From the human T2T-CHM13v2.0 reference genome, Homo sapiens: a stretch of DNA of 64,000 nt. Below are positions 28,374-44,629 of the stretch, in pieces (positions within the stretch are counted from its first letter, which is position 1; every line of letters starts with the position of its first letter). The stretch lies in the NCBI RefSeq assembly GCF_009914755.1, contig NC_060928.1. One strand, 5' to 3'. A model generated the notes under the pieces. It saw only the letters and a program-made list of their open reading frames with translations, did not search any database and was not told the DNA's origin. Made by a program: the position numbers and the translations under genes.

Positions 28374-30595
28374 GACACAAAGGCCATTATCTTTACTACA
28401 ATTAAACATGTGCTTAGAGGTATAGATGAGAAAAGTTAGGCAAAAGAAGACAATCAGTTATGTCAAAAATGGAGAGGGAGAGGTAATTTATCTTTAGTTG
28501 CAGTTCATATGGAGGAATATTTGGAAAACTATTATAAAGTTCAAGAGAGTATATAGAGCAAAATAATAAGATATAAAGTTTAAATTGAGATATGTGTAGA
28601 ATTTTATACAATAAGAAAGATAAGTTGTTCATAATCTAATTAAAAAGATAAAATAACTAAGCATAAATTTAACAAAGCATATACAAAATCTATATGAGGA
28701 ACAATTTTAAACACTTTAGAAATACACAAAATAGTCACTTTTTATTAAATTAAATTAGTGATATTCTTCCAATCTTCTTTAACTTCTAATTTTCTCTTCC
28801 ATTTTCAGTCTCTGTACTTTGAGCACTCAAAGAGTATTGCTTATAATATAATCTGTCAATACTGCCTAATATTTGGAGATATGTGATAATGCAATATGGT
28901 AAAGAAAAAATAAAAACTAAGGGTGACATTTATATCTTTACTTATTTTAGCACAGCTGGAAAAAATCCCTATGTTTATCAGGTAGCATTTTTATATTCTA
29001 CTTACCCAATATATGAGGTTTTAGAACTTTGTCAAATTCTATAGAATATTAAATAAGAGGAAAGCTGAAGTTCAGAACAATGGTCTTTTGACAGCTAACC
29101 TGCCTTCTCATATGGAAAAATAACAAGTAAATGTTTTCCTTTTTTTCTTAGGAAATTCTAGCTGATTTTATAACTGGTAAATTAATCTTTGCTATCCTTA
29201 TGTCCTCTAGAAACAACCATGCAGATATCAAACCATGCAATACGAACAACACCAAAAAAAAAAAAAAAACCTTGGTATTGGGTTCTCCATTTTTTTAAGA
29301 CATTAAATTTTGTATTCATTTAAGTGTATTTTACAAGAGATGGAACAAGATGGTGGAATAGAAAGCTCCATCGATCTTCCTCCACACACACATCACAAGG
29401 ACACCAAGTTAACAAATATCTACGCAGAAAAAAAATCTTTATAAAAAAAATCAGTTGACCACTCATAGTACCTGCTTTTAACTTTGTATCATAGTTACAT
29501 AGTACCTGCCTTTAACTTTGAAAGAGGCATTGAAGAGATTAAAAAAAAAAAAGTCATGAATTGCAGATTCTACCCCTCCTCACTCCACAGCAGCAGTGTG
29601 GTGTGGAGAGCACTTCTGGGCACTGGAGGAGGAGAACACAGCAAGAGTGAGGCATTGAACTCAGAATAGAAAGTAAACCCAGACCAAACTCAGCTAACAC
29701 CCACTCACAGAGGGAGCATTTAAACCAGCCCTGGTCAGAGGGGAACCACCAAGTCCAGTGGTCAGAACTTGAGTGCCTGCAAACCTCACCACAGAGGACT
29801 ACAGTGCTCTGTATCTCCAAGTAATCTTGAAAGGCAGTCTAGGCCATAAGGATTGCAACACTTATGTGAGTCCTACTGCTGTACCAGGCCCAGAGACCAT
29901 GGACTGGGGCTCGTGTGACATATTGAGATAAGTTAGGACAGCCAAGGGAGTGCTGGCATCACCTCTTTTCTAAACCCAGGCTGTACAGCTTATGGCTCCT
30001 AAAGAGACCCCTTCCTTGCATTTGAGAGGAGAAGGAAGAGTGGGGACCACTTTACCTTGAATCTAGGATACCATCTCAGACATAGTAGGATAGGGCACTA
30101 GTCAAAGTCTTAAAGTCCCTAATCCAGGCTCTAGCTACCAGATGACATTTTTAGACACACCCAGGGCCAGAAAGGAACCTGTTGCCTTGAAGGGAAGGAC
30201 CCAGTCCTGAAAACATCACCTGCTAACTGAAGAGCCCTTGGGCCCTGAATAACAAGCAGTGATACTCAGGTTCTACATACAGAGCCATGTGTGAGACATG
30301 CTAGCTTCAGGTGAGACACAGAACATTATCAGCTCTGTTGGATGTGGTTCAAAACTTCTTCTCTTTGAGAAAAGCAGAGGAAAATTTAAAGGAGACTTTG
30401 TCTTACACTTTAGGTACCAGCATGACCACAAGGGTATAGAGCACCAGTTGGGCTCTTAAGGTCCCTGGTTCAAGGACTTGACTCTTGGACGGAATTTCTG
30501 GATCTACCCTAGGCCAGAGAGGAACTCACTTCCCTAACAGGTGAGTTCCAGAGAAAGTAGCATTCACCACAAGCCAACTTATGAGACCTTGGGCT

Positions 30596-30935
30596 GGCTG
30601 GGCACCGTGGCTCATGCTATAATTTTAGCACTGTAAGAGACCGAGGTGGGCAGATTACTTGAGCCCAGGAGTTCCAGACAAGCCTGGGCAACATGGAAAA
30701 AAAACCCATCTCTACTAAAAATACAAAAAATTAGCCTGGTGTGGTGGAATGTGCTTGTAGTTTCAGCTACTTGGGAGGCTGAGATGGGAGGATTGCTTGA
30801 TCCTGGGAGGCAGAGGTTGCAGTGAGCCAAGACTGTGCCACTGTACTCCAGCCTTGATGACACAGCGAGGCTTTGTCAAAAAAAAAAAAAAAAGAAAGAA
30901 AGAAAGAGAGAGAGAGAGACAGAAATAGAGACAGA
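30596..30935 (+). mobile_element. AluJ-like element with an A/GA-rich tail
   Basis: Dimeric Alu with TSD-like agaccttgggc / agaacttgggc. Confidence 0.9.
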
Positions 30936-33900
30936 GAGAACTTGGGCCTTAAGAGAACATCAGTGGCAGTGTGGCAGTACTCCATGTGGGCTGGGGTGGA
31001 GGTGGCTATGGGGTAAGGCTCCTTTGCCTTTGAAAGTTGAAGTAAGAGTGGCAGGAACTGAGTCTTGTGGTTTGAGTGTCAGCTCAGTCTCAATACAATA
31101 GAATATCGTATAGATTTCTAAGATTTTTTGCTCTAATCTCTGAATCCTGGAAAGCACTTCTGGACCCATCCAGTGCCTGAAGGACCTTGCCATCCTGAAG
31201 GGAAAAATACAGACCTGGCTGGCTTTTTCACCTGCTGGTTGTAGCACCCAGTGCCTTGAGCAAATATACAGTAGCCAGGGAGTTGTTTCAGCAGGGCTTG
31301 GGTGAGACCCAGAGCTGTGTTGGCTTCATGTGTGACCCAGCACAGTCACAGTGGTGGTGGCCACACAGTTCTTGTGTCACTCTACTCCCAGATTTAGGTG
31401 GCTCAGACCAGAGAGAGAGAGACTCTGTTTGAGAGAAAAAAAAGGGAAGGGAATAAGATTCTCTTCTTGGTAAACCAGAGAATTCATCCAAATCTTGTTC
31501 AAGACCATTAAGGCAATACCTCCATGAGCCTGCAAGAACTACAGTATTACTGGGCTTATGGTGCTCCCTGAAGAAGATACAGCTGAGATCACAACACCCA
31601 AGTTCCTTTACGTATCTGGAAAACCTTCAAAAAAAGTACAGCTACTAATAACTCCAGATAGTGAGGACTACAATAAATAGTTAACTCCTCAATACCAAAG
31701 AACCTCTATTAGCATCAACACCATCTAGGGAAACATGGCTTCCTGAAATGAACTAAATAAGGCACCAGGGACTTGTCTAAATAAGGCTCCAGGTATCTCT
31801 GTTTTTGGAGAAACAGAGATTTGTGAACTTTCAGACAGAGAATTCAAAATAGCTGTGTTGAAGAAAATCAAAGAAATTCAAGATAACGGAGAAATAATTA
31901 AGAATTTTACCAGAGAAATGTAACAAAGAGATTGAAGTAATTAAAAAGAATTCTCAAGAAATACTAGAGTTGAAAAAATGCAATTTCCATAATGAAGGCA
32001 TCAGAGTCCCTTAATAGCATAATTGATCAAACAAAAGAAAGAATTAGTCAGCTTGAAAAGAGGCTACTTGAACATATGCAGTCAGAAGATATAAAAGAAA
32101 AAAAAACACAATGAAGCATGCCTACAGAATCTAAACAATAGTCCAAAATGGGCAAATCTAAGAGTTATCAGCATTAAAGTGGAGGTAGAGAAAGAGAAAG
32201 GTGTAGAAAGTTTATTCAAAGGGATAATAACAGAGAATACCCAAAGCTAAACAAAGAAATCCTATCCAAATATGAGATGGTTTTGAACACCAAGCAGATT
32301 TAACCCAAATAAGACCACCTCAAGGTATTTAATAATGAAACTTCCAAAGGTCAAGGATTAAAAAAAAAAATAAGGATCCTAAAATCAGCAAGAGAAAATA
32401 AACAAACAACACACAATATGGCTCCAATATGCCTGACATCAGAGTATTCAGTGTAAACCTTATAGGCCAGGAGAGAGTAGCATGCCATATTTAAAAGGCT
32501 GAAGGAAAAAACAAATAAAATACGAATAAATAAATAAATAACCTTTACCCTCAAATAGTATATTCAGCGAAAATACCTTTCAAACATGAAAGAGAAATAA
32601 AGACTTTCCCAGAAAAACAAAAGCTGAGGGATTTCAACACCAGACCTGTCCTAAAAGAAATGCTAAAGACAGTTATTCAATCAGAAAGAAAATGACAATA
32701 ATGAACAATAAATAATCATCTGAAGGTATAAAAATCACGTGTAATAGTAAGTACATTGAAAAATACAGAATATTATAACACTGTAACTGTGGTGTATAAA
32801 CTACTCTTATACTAAATAGAAAGACTAAAAAATAAACGAACAAAAAATAATAACCACAAAAACATTTCAAGACATACTCAGTACAATAAAATATAAATAG
32901 AAACAACAAAAAGTATAAAAGTGAGAAGACAAATTTAAAGCATAGAGTTTTTATTTGTTTTATTTTTGCTTGCTTGTTTGTTTGTTAAAGCAGATAGTGT
33001 TAAGTGGTTATCAGGTTAAAATAATGGGTTATAAGAGTATTTGCAAGCCTCATGGTAAAATTAAACTAAAGAAAATACAATAAATACACAAAAATTAAAA
33101 AGCAAGATACGAAATCTTATCAGAGAACATAACCTTCATGAGAGGAAGACAGGAAGAAAAGAAGGAAGGAAGAGAAGGCCATAAAACAATCAGAAAATGA
33201 ATAACAAAATGGCAGGAATAAGCACATACTTATCAATTAAGAATCATATTGAACATAAATGAATGAAACTCTTCAATCAAAAGATGTAGTTGGCAAAATC
33301 ATAGACTTGTTGAATGGATGAAAAAACAAGGTCCATTTATATGTTGCCTATAAGAAACACAATTCACCTATAAAGACATACATAGTCTGAAAATAAAGGG
33401 ATAGAAAAAGATATTACATGCTAATGGAAACAAAAATAGAGCAGAAGTCACTAACCTTATATCAGACAAAATAGATTTCAAGACAAAAACTATAAAAATA
33501 GACATACAAGGTCACTATATAATGATTAAAGGGTCAATTCAGCAAGATAATATAACAATTTTAAATATATATGCACTCAACACTGGAGCACACAGATATA
33601 CAAAAGAAATATTATTAGAGCTAAAGAGAGAGATAGACCCCAATACAGAAATAGCTGGAGACTTCAACACCCCACTTTCAGCATTGGACAGATCTTCCAG
33701 AGAGAAAATAAAAAAAATGAAATATTCTGTAAAGATCTATTAGACCTGTTTGATCTATAGTACAGATCAAATAATCTGGTACTATATATGTATCTAAAGT
33801 ACAGATCAAATAATCTGTACTATAGATCAAACAAATCTAATAGAACTTTACAGAATATTTTAACCAAGAGCTGCAGAATACACTTTCTTTTCCTCCGCAC

Positions 33901-35116
33901 ATGAATCATTTTCAAGGATAGACCATATGTTAGGTCACAAAACAAGTATTAAAACAGCCAAAAGATTGAAATAATATCAAGCATCTTCTCTGACCACAAT
34001 GGAATGAAACTAGAAATTAATAGCAAAAAGAGTTTTGGAAACTATACAAACACATCAAAATTAATCAGTGTGCTCCTGAATGACCAGGGATCAGTGAATA
34101 AATGAAGAGAAATGAAAAAATTCCTGAAACAAATGATAATGAAAATACATTACAATAACTATGAAATACAGCAAAAACAATACTGAGGGAAGTTTATTTG
34201 TATAAGTGCCTACATCATAAAAGAGGAGAAAGGTCAAATGAACAATCTAATGCTACATCTTAAAGAACCAGAAAAGCAAAAGCAAACCAAACCCAAAATT
34301 AGAAGAAGAAAAAATATAATAATAAAGATTAGAGCAGAAATACATAAAATTGAAATGAATAAACAATAAAAAGATCAATGAAGAAAAGTTGGTTTTTTGA
34401 AGAGTTAAACAAAATTGACAAACCATTAGTCAGACTAAGAAAAAATGAGAAGATCCAAATAAATAAAATCAGAAATGAAAGGAGAGACATTACAAATGAT
34501 ACTGCAGAAATTCAAAGCATCATTAATGGCTGCTATGAGCAACTATATGCCAATAAACTGGAAAATCTAGAAGAAATACAACCTACCAGGACTGAACCAA
34601 TAGGAAATGCAAAACCTGAACAGAAAAATAACAAGTAATAACATCGAAGCTGTAAGAAAAATTCTCCCAGTAAATAAAAGCCCGGGACCTGATGGCTTTG
34701 CTGTTGATATTTAAAGAAATATTTAAAGAAGAACTAATGCCTATCCTACTCAATTTATTCTGAAAACTAGGGGAGGGAATACTTTCAAACTTATTCTATG
34801 AGGCCAGAATAACTCTGATAACAAAACCAGAAACAAACATATCAAAAAAGAAAACTACAGACCAATACCTCTGATTAATATTTATGCAAAAATCCTCAAC
34901 AAAATGCCAGTAAACTGAATTCGACAACACATTAGAAATATCATTCATTATAACGAAGAGGGATTTACCCCTGAGATGCAAGGATGGTTCGACATATGCA
35001 AATCAAACAATGTGATAAATCATATTGACAGAATGAAGGATAAAAATCATTTGATCATTTCGATTGATGCTGAAAAAGCATTCGCTAAATTCAACATCCC
35101 CTCATGAAAAACACCC

Positions 35117-35825
35117 TGTTAGGAAGAGAAAAAAATGGCCACACTAACCATTTTAAAATATGCCTCCATCTATAAGAGGCAGGGGCACCAAAGGTGAAAA
35201 GGTAAACACCTTGTGTAAGATTTCACTAAAAGCCCAGAAATTACTTCAAGTCCTGGAACATGTCCCGGGACACTGCTCCCAGAATGATAAAGTCCGGGAG
35301 GGGGTCCCAGAACATTGCTCCCATAATGATTGTTTCAGTGTTGCTTGCTTGGGAAGGGGCCTCCTGAGCAAACAAAAGAGGGTGCCCAAAGTAACAACTG
35401 GACTTAATAAAGGGAGTTTACACAAAGGAGGATTGAAGGCTGTTGTGTGCTGGGGAACAGCACCAACGCCAATTGCAGGATCCCAGGTGTCTGCCTTCCC
35501 ACTCTGATGATGACTCTTCCTGTGGTCTGGTGAGCTATGGTTACATGTTGTCTTCTTTTGCTGGTTCGTTTATACCTACTTAATGCTGCTTTTGCTGTGA
35601 TATTTGCTTACAACTTTTACTCCAGGATGCTAGGCGTCTGCCTTCTGACTCCGGTGATGATTCTTCCTGTGGTCTGATGAGCTTCTGGTTACATTTTGTT
35701 GAGCTTTGGTTACACTTTTTTCTTCTCTTGTTACAAGGCTGTTTTTGTTGTGATATTTGCTCACAGTAATAAAGTTTTAGTTTTCCCATCCCCCTCACTT
35801 GAGTGCTCAGCTCATTCTTCCAACA
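35117..35825 (+). mobile_element. Solo LTR-like insertion, family not recognised
   Basis: 709 bp interrupting L1 ORF2; TGTTAGGAAGA...TCTTCCAACA near-inverted termini; AATAAA at ~35768. Confidence 0.7.
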
Positions 35826-35871
35826 CTGTCTTGAAACAATCCTCAACATAATAAAAGCCATATATGACAGA

Positions 35872-36258
35872 TATATTAGTATATTCTTGCATTTCTATAC
35901 AGAACTACCTGAGACTGGGTAATTTATAAAGAAAGGAGGTTTAATTGGCTCATAGTTCTTCAGGCTGCATAGGAAGCACGGGTGGGGAAGCCTCAAGAAA
36001 CTTACAATCATGGCAGAAGGTGAAGAGGAAGGAGGCATGTCTTCACATGGCAAGAGCAAGAGGAAGAGAGAGCAAAGCGGGAGGTACTCCACACTTTTAA
36101 ACAACTACATCTAGTGCGAACTCACTCACTATCATGAGAACAGAAAGGAAGAAATCCACCCCCATGATCCAGTCAGCTCCCAACAGGCCCCTCCTGCAAC
36201 ACTGGGAATCACAATTAGGCATGAGATTTGGGCATGGACACGAATCCAAACAATATCA
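35872..36258 (-). mobile_element. MST (MaLR) LTR
   Basis: ctgagactgggtaatttataaagaaa...aaacaatatca with a 5-bp TSD ACAGA on both sides. Confidence 0.9.
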
Positions 36259-38989
36259 ACAGACCCATATCTAGTATCATACTAAATGGGGAATAACCGA
36301 AAGCCTTTCCTCTAAGATCTGGAACATGACAAGGATGCCCACTGTCACCACTGTTATTCAACATAGTACTTGAAGTCCCAGCTGGGGCAATCAAACAAGA
36401 GAAAGATAAAGGACATGGAAATTGGAAAGGAAGAAGTCAAATTATCCTTGTTTGCAGATGATATGATAATATATTTGGAAAAACCTAAGGGCACCACTGA
36501 AAAACTACTAGACCTGATAAACAAATTTAGTAATGTTGCAGGATATAAAATCAACATACAAAAATCAGCAACATTTCTACATTCTGACAGCATACAATAT
36601 GAAAAAGAAATAAAAAAGTAATAGCATTTACAATAGCTACACATAAAATTAAAAATGAAAAGATATTCCATGTTCATTCGTTGGAAGAATCAATATTGTT
36701 AAAATGTCCATATTACCCAAAGCAATCTACAGATTCGATGCAATCCCTATAAAAATACCAATGACATTCTTCACAGAAATAGAAAAAACAATCCTAAAAT
36801 GTGTGTGGAACCACAAAAGACCCCAAATAGCCATAGGTATCCTAAGGAAAAAGACACAACTGGGGTAATCACATTCCCTGACTTCAAATTATATGACAGA
36901 GCTATAGTAACCAAAGCAGCATTGTACTCACATAAAAACAGACACAGAAACAAATGGAACAGAATAGAGAACCCAGAAACAAAAACCACACACGTACAGT
37001 GAACTCATTTTTGAGAAAGGTGCCAAGAATATACACTGGAAGAAAAGACAGTCTCTTCAATAAATAGTGCTGGGAATACTGGATATCCATATGCAGAAGA
37101 ATGAAACTAGCTCCTATCTCTCACCAGCTACCAAAATCAAATTAAAATGAATTAAAGACTTATATCTAAGACCTCAATCTACGAAACTACTTCAAGAAAA
37201 CATTTGGGAAAATTTCCAAGACATCGTTCTAGGCAAAAATTTATTGAGCAATTCCTTACAAGCATAGGCAAACAAAGCAAAGACAGAAGAACGGGATCAC
37301 AAGTTAAAAAGCTTCTGCACATCAAAAAAATACAATTCACAAAGTAAGGAGAAAGCCCAAAGAAATGGAGAAAATATCTGTAAACTACCCATCTGACAAG
37401 GGCTTAATAACTAGAGTATATAAGGAGCTTGAACAATTCTATAGGGGAAAAAAATCTAATAATCCAGTCAAAAATGGGCAGAAGTAAGCATTTCTCAAAA
37501 GAAGAAATACAGATGGCAAACAGGCATATGAAAATGTGCTCAACATCATTGTTCATCAGAAAAATGTAAATCAAAACTGCAATGAGCTATCATCTCACCC
37601 CAGTTGAAATGGCTTATATCCAAAAGACAGACATTAATAATGATGCTGAGGATGTGGAGAAAAAGGAAATGATGGTGGAAATGTAAGTTAATACAACCAC
37701 TATGGAGAACAGTTTGGAGGTTCCTCAGAAAACTAATAATTGAGGTACCATATGATCCAGCAATCTCACTGCTAGGTATATAGTGAGAAGAAAGGAAATT
37801 AGTGTATTGAAGAGATATCTGCATTCCTGTTTGTTGTAGCACTCTTCACAGTAGTCAAGATTTGGAAGCAACGTATGTGTCCATCAAGAGATAAATGGAT
37901 AAAGAAAACGTGGTACATAATGCACAATGGAGTACCATTCAGCCATAAGAAAGAATAAGATTCTGTCATTTGCAACAACATTGGTGGAACTGAAGATAAT
38001 TATTTTAAGTGAAATAAGACAGGCACAGAGAGACTAACGTCACATGTTCTCACTTATTTGTGGAATCCAAAAGTCAAAACAACTGAACTCATAGACATAC
38101 AGAAGAAGGATGGTTTCCAGAGGCTGAGAATGGTAGTGAGGGGCTGGAGGGAGGAAGGAGGTGGAGATGGTTAATGTCTACAAAATAAATAGAAAGAATA
38201 AATAAGACCTACTGTTGATAGCAGAATAGGGTGACTATAGTGAATAATAATTGTACATTATAAAATAACTTAAAGATGTAATTGAGTTGTTTGTAACTCA
38301 AAGGATAAATGCTTGAAGAGACAGATACCCCATTCTGCATAAGGTGGCTATTTTGGTTATTTCACATTGCATGACTTTATGAAAGGCATACCATATATCC
38401 CATAAATATATACATCTACCGTGTACTCAAAAAAAAATTTAAAAATTAAAAAAAAATTTTAGAGATCCATAGTATATTTTAGAGATCCATAGAGCCCATC
38501 TTGCATATTCTGTTGCTTTTGAAAGCATTTCTTTGACTTTGCATATTTTTTAATATCAAGTGGGTAAAAATATAACACAGAGAAACTCAATTATTTTTCT
38601 AAAAGCACACATTTATCTTGTAAAAACTTTATGTTGTTTCTTTACATAGAGTATTCATGTCAAAATTCAGTATGCATAACCAAAGATCATATTAACATTA
38701 CCTTTATATCACAAAGTCTATGGGTCTTCAAAATCTTAACATTTCATTAAGTACCCTAGTTTTTTGATCTTAGGTACAATGATCAATAATAATACCTAAT
38801 CATCTGTTCATAGAAGTGAACATTATATATATATAACTGTATTTAAAATCTCAACCACAAGTAGTGTCTTTTGACTTTCTCTTTAAAATCATTTTCACTA
38901 GATTTAAAATATTTCATGTAGAAAGGATTAATGCCCAGCTAGCAAAATTCATTTTTTTAAAATTTTAATTTAGTTTTATGAGCAGTCCC

Positions 38990-40394
<1,405 letters not shown>

Positions 40395-42439
40395 TTATTG
40401 TGTTTAATGTATATAACTCTGGGAAGTGAGGCACTTAAGGATGGGGGTAAGGTAGTGTGTTGGGATGCATGATACTAAACAGTCAACGTATGTTTCAGCA
40501 GTGAGACACATGGAGCACTCAAAGGTGCTGAAAAGACAATATTATAAGATCTCTGTAACTCATACCTGAATCAGTCTAATATATGGACACTTTGCTAGAA
40601 TAATTTACAATTGCTAAAAATATAATAGGGACCATATTTGCCTTCAGAATAGTATATAAGTACAGAACCACTCTAGTCTCCATGATATCAATTTTAAGGT
40701 AATTACACAAAGAAAACACACTCAAGAAAAACATCTCTAAAAGCATAAAATAAATATTGGCACAAAAAATATGTGGAATAAGGAGATAAAAATCATGGCA
40801 CTAAAATATTGAAATAGGATCTTAATTAAAAGACAACAAAATTTGATGCAATGCATTTGGAGACATACTTTGCTACTAAAATTATACATTTATTGTGTAA
40901 TAAATATTGCACGAGTCTTCTCTGACTATAATCACAGATGTGACAATGTATTAATCTTAGGGAAAAGATGCAAAATAAACAAAGTTATCCCTTCTAGCTT
41001 CATGGCTTCTTGTTACGTTAAAGTGACATAGAATATTTTTCATTAAAAAGGAGAGAGATCCAGTTTGCAAAAGTTTTAAGAAAGACACTAATTTTTTTTC
41101 CTAATTTTAAAAATTTATTTAGTCTCTTGGTATCTGACAATTATATTCTGTGTAAATATATTTTTAAATGATTTATCTGCTCTCTATAAGAACATTTGAT
41201 TAAGATAAAAAATAATTAAATTTTAAGTAAAAATTAATCTGTGATTATAGTCTCAGCCGGGAAGGACAATATAATATGACAGGTTGATGTAATTTGATCC
41301 ACAATATAACCTGATAGGACACTATAATTTTCTAATGTAGAGTAGAGACTTGTTATAAAACAATTCAATTGCTCACTAGGAATAAAATATTTTTCCAAAA
41401 AAGTAATAAATCAATTTTTTTGAATTGTTAAAAAACTTGACGGCAATGAAAAGAGTGACAGATGCTTAAGAGAGAAGGGTGTCCTATGAAGTTAAGAAAA
41501 ATAAAATAACTTGCAGTAAACATAATCACTAGAAACTAAACAATTAAGTTCATTTTTTCCTAAGAAATATGAGCTATTTTGTTTCAGTAAAGAGCCTCTT
41601 AAAATTAAAAATAGTAATGATCAAATCCCCTTCAAGAATCATTGCCTTTGTCAGAATACTGATCTGCACATGCAGGTGAGGAAACTGCTATAATAGGGCA
41701 TAAAACCACTACAAACAATAGGTGGTCCAGGAAGAGTTAGTTAGTTAGTTCGTATTGATTCCTGCCATGGTGAAAAGATCTCCAAACATCAAAGCACATT
41801 CCTTAAAGTCTATTACCTCATTGGTGGGGTAAAATTTACTCTGAAATAAAATGTTAGAATATGATTTAATAAACTTAAAAGCCAGCTTCTAATGGATCAT
41901 TTAGAAATTTCTCTCTACCAGATCAAAGCCACCAAACACTTAAAAGAATATAAATAAATAAATACATACATACATACATGCGTACATACATAAATGAAGT
42001 CCAGTAACCAACAAGGTAAAATCAGAGTTAAAAAGTTCTGAAATATTCAACAAATCATAAATATGTGACACATATGATATAAAATATGGCATATTATTTA
42101 ATAAACCAAGTCACACTAATGACACTGATGATAGAATTAGTAGACTTGAAAACAGCTATTATAAACATCTTATGGTTATTGAGCTTTCTCTAAGATAATC
42201 CTCCGAGGATAGGTTTTGCTATATTTTCTAATTGTATCTGGCTTAGGGAAGGCTATTGAATTTTATAACTTGATATTATATCAGACTAGTTGTTAGACTC
42301 TTTAGTTAGTTTTAATATTTGTTTATTGATTTTGCAAGTTATCTTGCTTGGAGCTTTTGAAAGGATACATCTTTACAATACTTAGCAGTTGCTCTGTATT
42401 TCTGTGTGTGACTTTTAAATTTACTTAAATGATATAGTT

Positions 42440-44095
42440 TAGACCTGAAAAAAAAATAGCTATGGCCGAAAAACATAAAAGTGAGCATGTAAGGAGAAAA
42501 ATAAAAGATCTAAACATGAGCCTATATTAAACTACCAGAGATGAAATACACAATATTTAAAATTAAGAATACTTAGGATAGTGTTAATAGATTAGACATA
42601 CTATAGAAAAATACAATAAACTTTAAAGTAGTGTAATATAAACTACTAAAAATGAACAAAACCACTCTTCACTCCCCCTACAAAATAAACAAAGCATCCC
42701 AACATGCATGTAATTAGATTTCCTGAAAGAGGGAACATCAACAGAAACAAATTTGGAAAGAAATAATAATTATTTTCAAATTTGGTGAATTCCATATGCA
42801 CATAGATCCAAGAAATTCAATTTACCAGGTAAAAAGAAAAAAAATCATCCTGAGCACATCATAATCAATGTACTGAACACCAGTGATAAAGAAAAAACCT
42901 TAAAAATTGCAGAAAAGTTTTAAAAAACATATCACCTAATGAATGAAGAAAATATAGAAATAGACTTCTCATTAAAAGCAATGCAAGCTAGAAAACAATA
43001 AAGCTAAATCTAAAAAGTCCTGAAAAAATACAATCCTTGTGATAAATATATGTATGCCCAGAAAATTAAATATATAGCAAATATAATTTTAAAAATAGAC
43101 TGAATAAAGATTTTTTATAGCTACAAGAAACAAGAAAATTAATCTTCTCTAGAAGACCACTTCTTTAAAAAATGTTAAAGCCAGAAGAAAAATAATATCT
43201 AATGGATATTTGGACATAGACAACTGAATGGAGAGATGTAAAAATTGTAAATATGTGTGTGAATATAAAAGATGTTTAAAAATTTTATTTAATATCACTA
43301 AAGGTTAAATGACTGCTTAAAACCAAAATAATAACTACTGTTATTTATTGTATTGTGAAGTTATAACACATAGGTGTAAAATATATGGCAACAATAGCAG
43401 AAAATCTGAGAAGAGGTACAGGAAGTAAACTGTTGTAAAGTTGTTATGCGAAAGATGATATTAATTGCAAACTGAACATACAACTACAAGAAAAGGAACA
43501 AAACAAATATCTGAAAGGCCAATAAAATGTCAAATAGAATTAAAAAATATATTCTAGTAGTTCAAATGAAGGTAGAAAAGAAAAAAAGAACAAAGAAGAG
43601 ATAAGATGAATTTATAAAACAAATAGCAAAATAATAAATTTCTCCTCAAACATATGAATAATCACAATAAATATAAATGGTCTCACTACCCTCACTAAAA
43701 ATTAGACATTGTCAGATTGGTTTTTCTAGACATCTATATGATGTCTAGAAGAAACTCATTTTATAAAGAAAAAGTTTAAAAATAAAATGAGAATACACAT
43801 TTTATAGTAATACAAGTATAGTAAAACTGGGGTGGCTACAATAATATCAAATAAAGTAAATTTTTGGAAAAATTATTAGGGAAAAATGGTGACTTGATAA
43901 TTAAAGGTGTCATTTCATCAAGAAGACATAACAATCATAAATATATATGTACCTAACAGCATCAAAGTAAAGAAAGCAAATTGATGAAAATTAAAGGAGA
44001 AATAGATTCCCATTTATACTTGGAAATCATGATGGCCTTCATTTACTAATTGACAAAATAAGCATACAGAAAGTAAATAAGAAATAATAGAGTTC
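42440..44095 (+). mobile_element. Highly decayed L1M ORF1/ORF2-start fragments
   Basis: A-rich with L1 landmarks (agacttctcattaaaagcaatgcaagctagaa; catcaagaagacataacaatcataaatatatatgtacctaac). Confidence 0.6.
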
Positions 44096-44629
44096 ATATT
44101 GTTCATGAAAAATAATTTGCAAAAACTAAATGTTCTTGTTATATTTTACGATATACAACATGCCTTTTTAAGGTGTTTTTCTGGGCATTTTGACCTGCAT
44201 TAATTTTGTAAAATCTTTATCTTTCTTGTTGTTTTTATTTTCTGAAATGCTTTTGCTTATGTCTTTATTTTTGTTTAATTTACTTTCAAATAAATCTGTT
44301 ACAAAAAGTATTAAGCTCAATTTTTTACCTTTATCTCAAAGGTTTTATTTGAACTATTTTTATACATAGTCATACATAATTTCACACATAAAGTGAGGTA
44401 AAACAAATACTAATCTATCTGATAGCCATCTAAAGAAATTAAATATTACAATACAATTCTACATATCTTGCCTGCTTGTTTGCTCCTTCTATCTGTGACT
44501 TCAATTCTTTAATTCTCATGTTCTTTGTAATGATTTTTTGTATTTATTATTAAATAACATTTTATATATTTTTAAATATATAACAGAATACACAATATTC
44601 TGTTAAATATTATGTTGATTTTTATTACA

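Larger units (their letters stand above)
29335..38455 (+). mobile_element. Near-full-length old L1 (L1MA-like), decayed, hosting an Alu and two LTRs
   Basis: Starts caagatggtggaatag, has a long 5'UTR, ORF1/ORF2 remnants in order (33522, 34378, 36370, 36799 peptides), an L1MA-type 3' end and an A tail. Confidence 0.88.
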
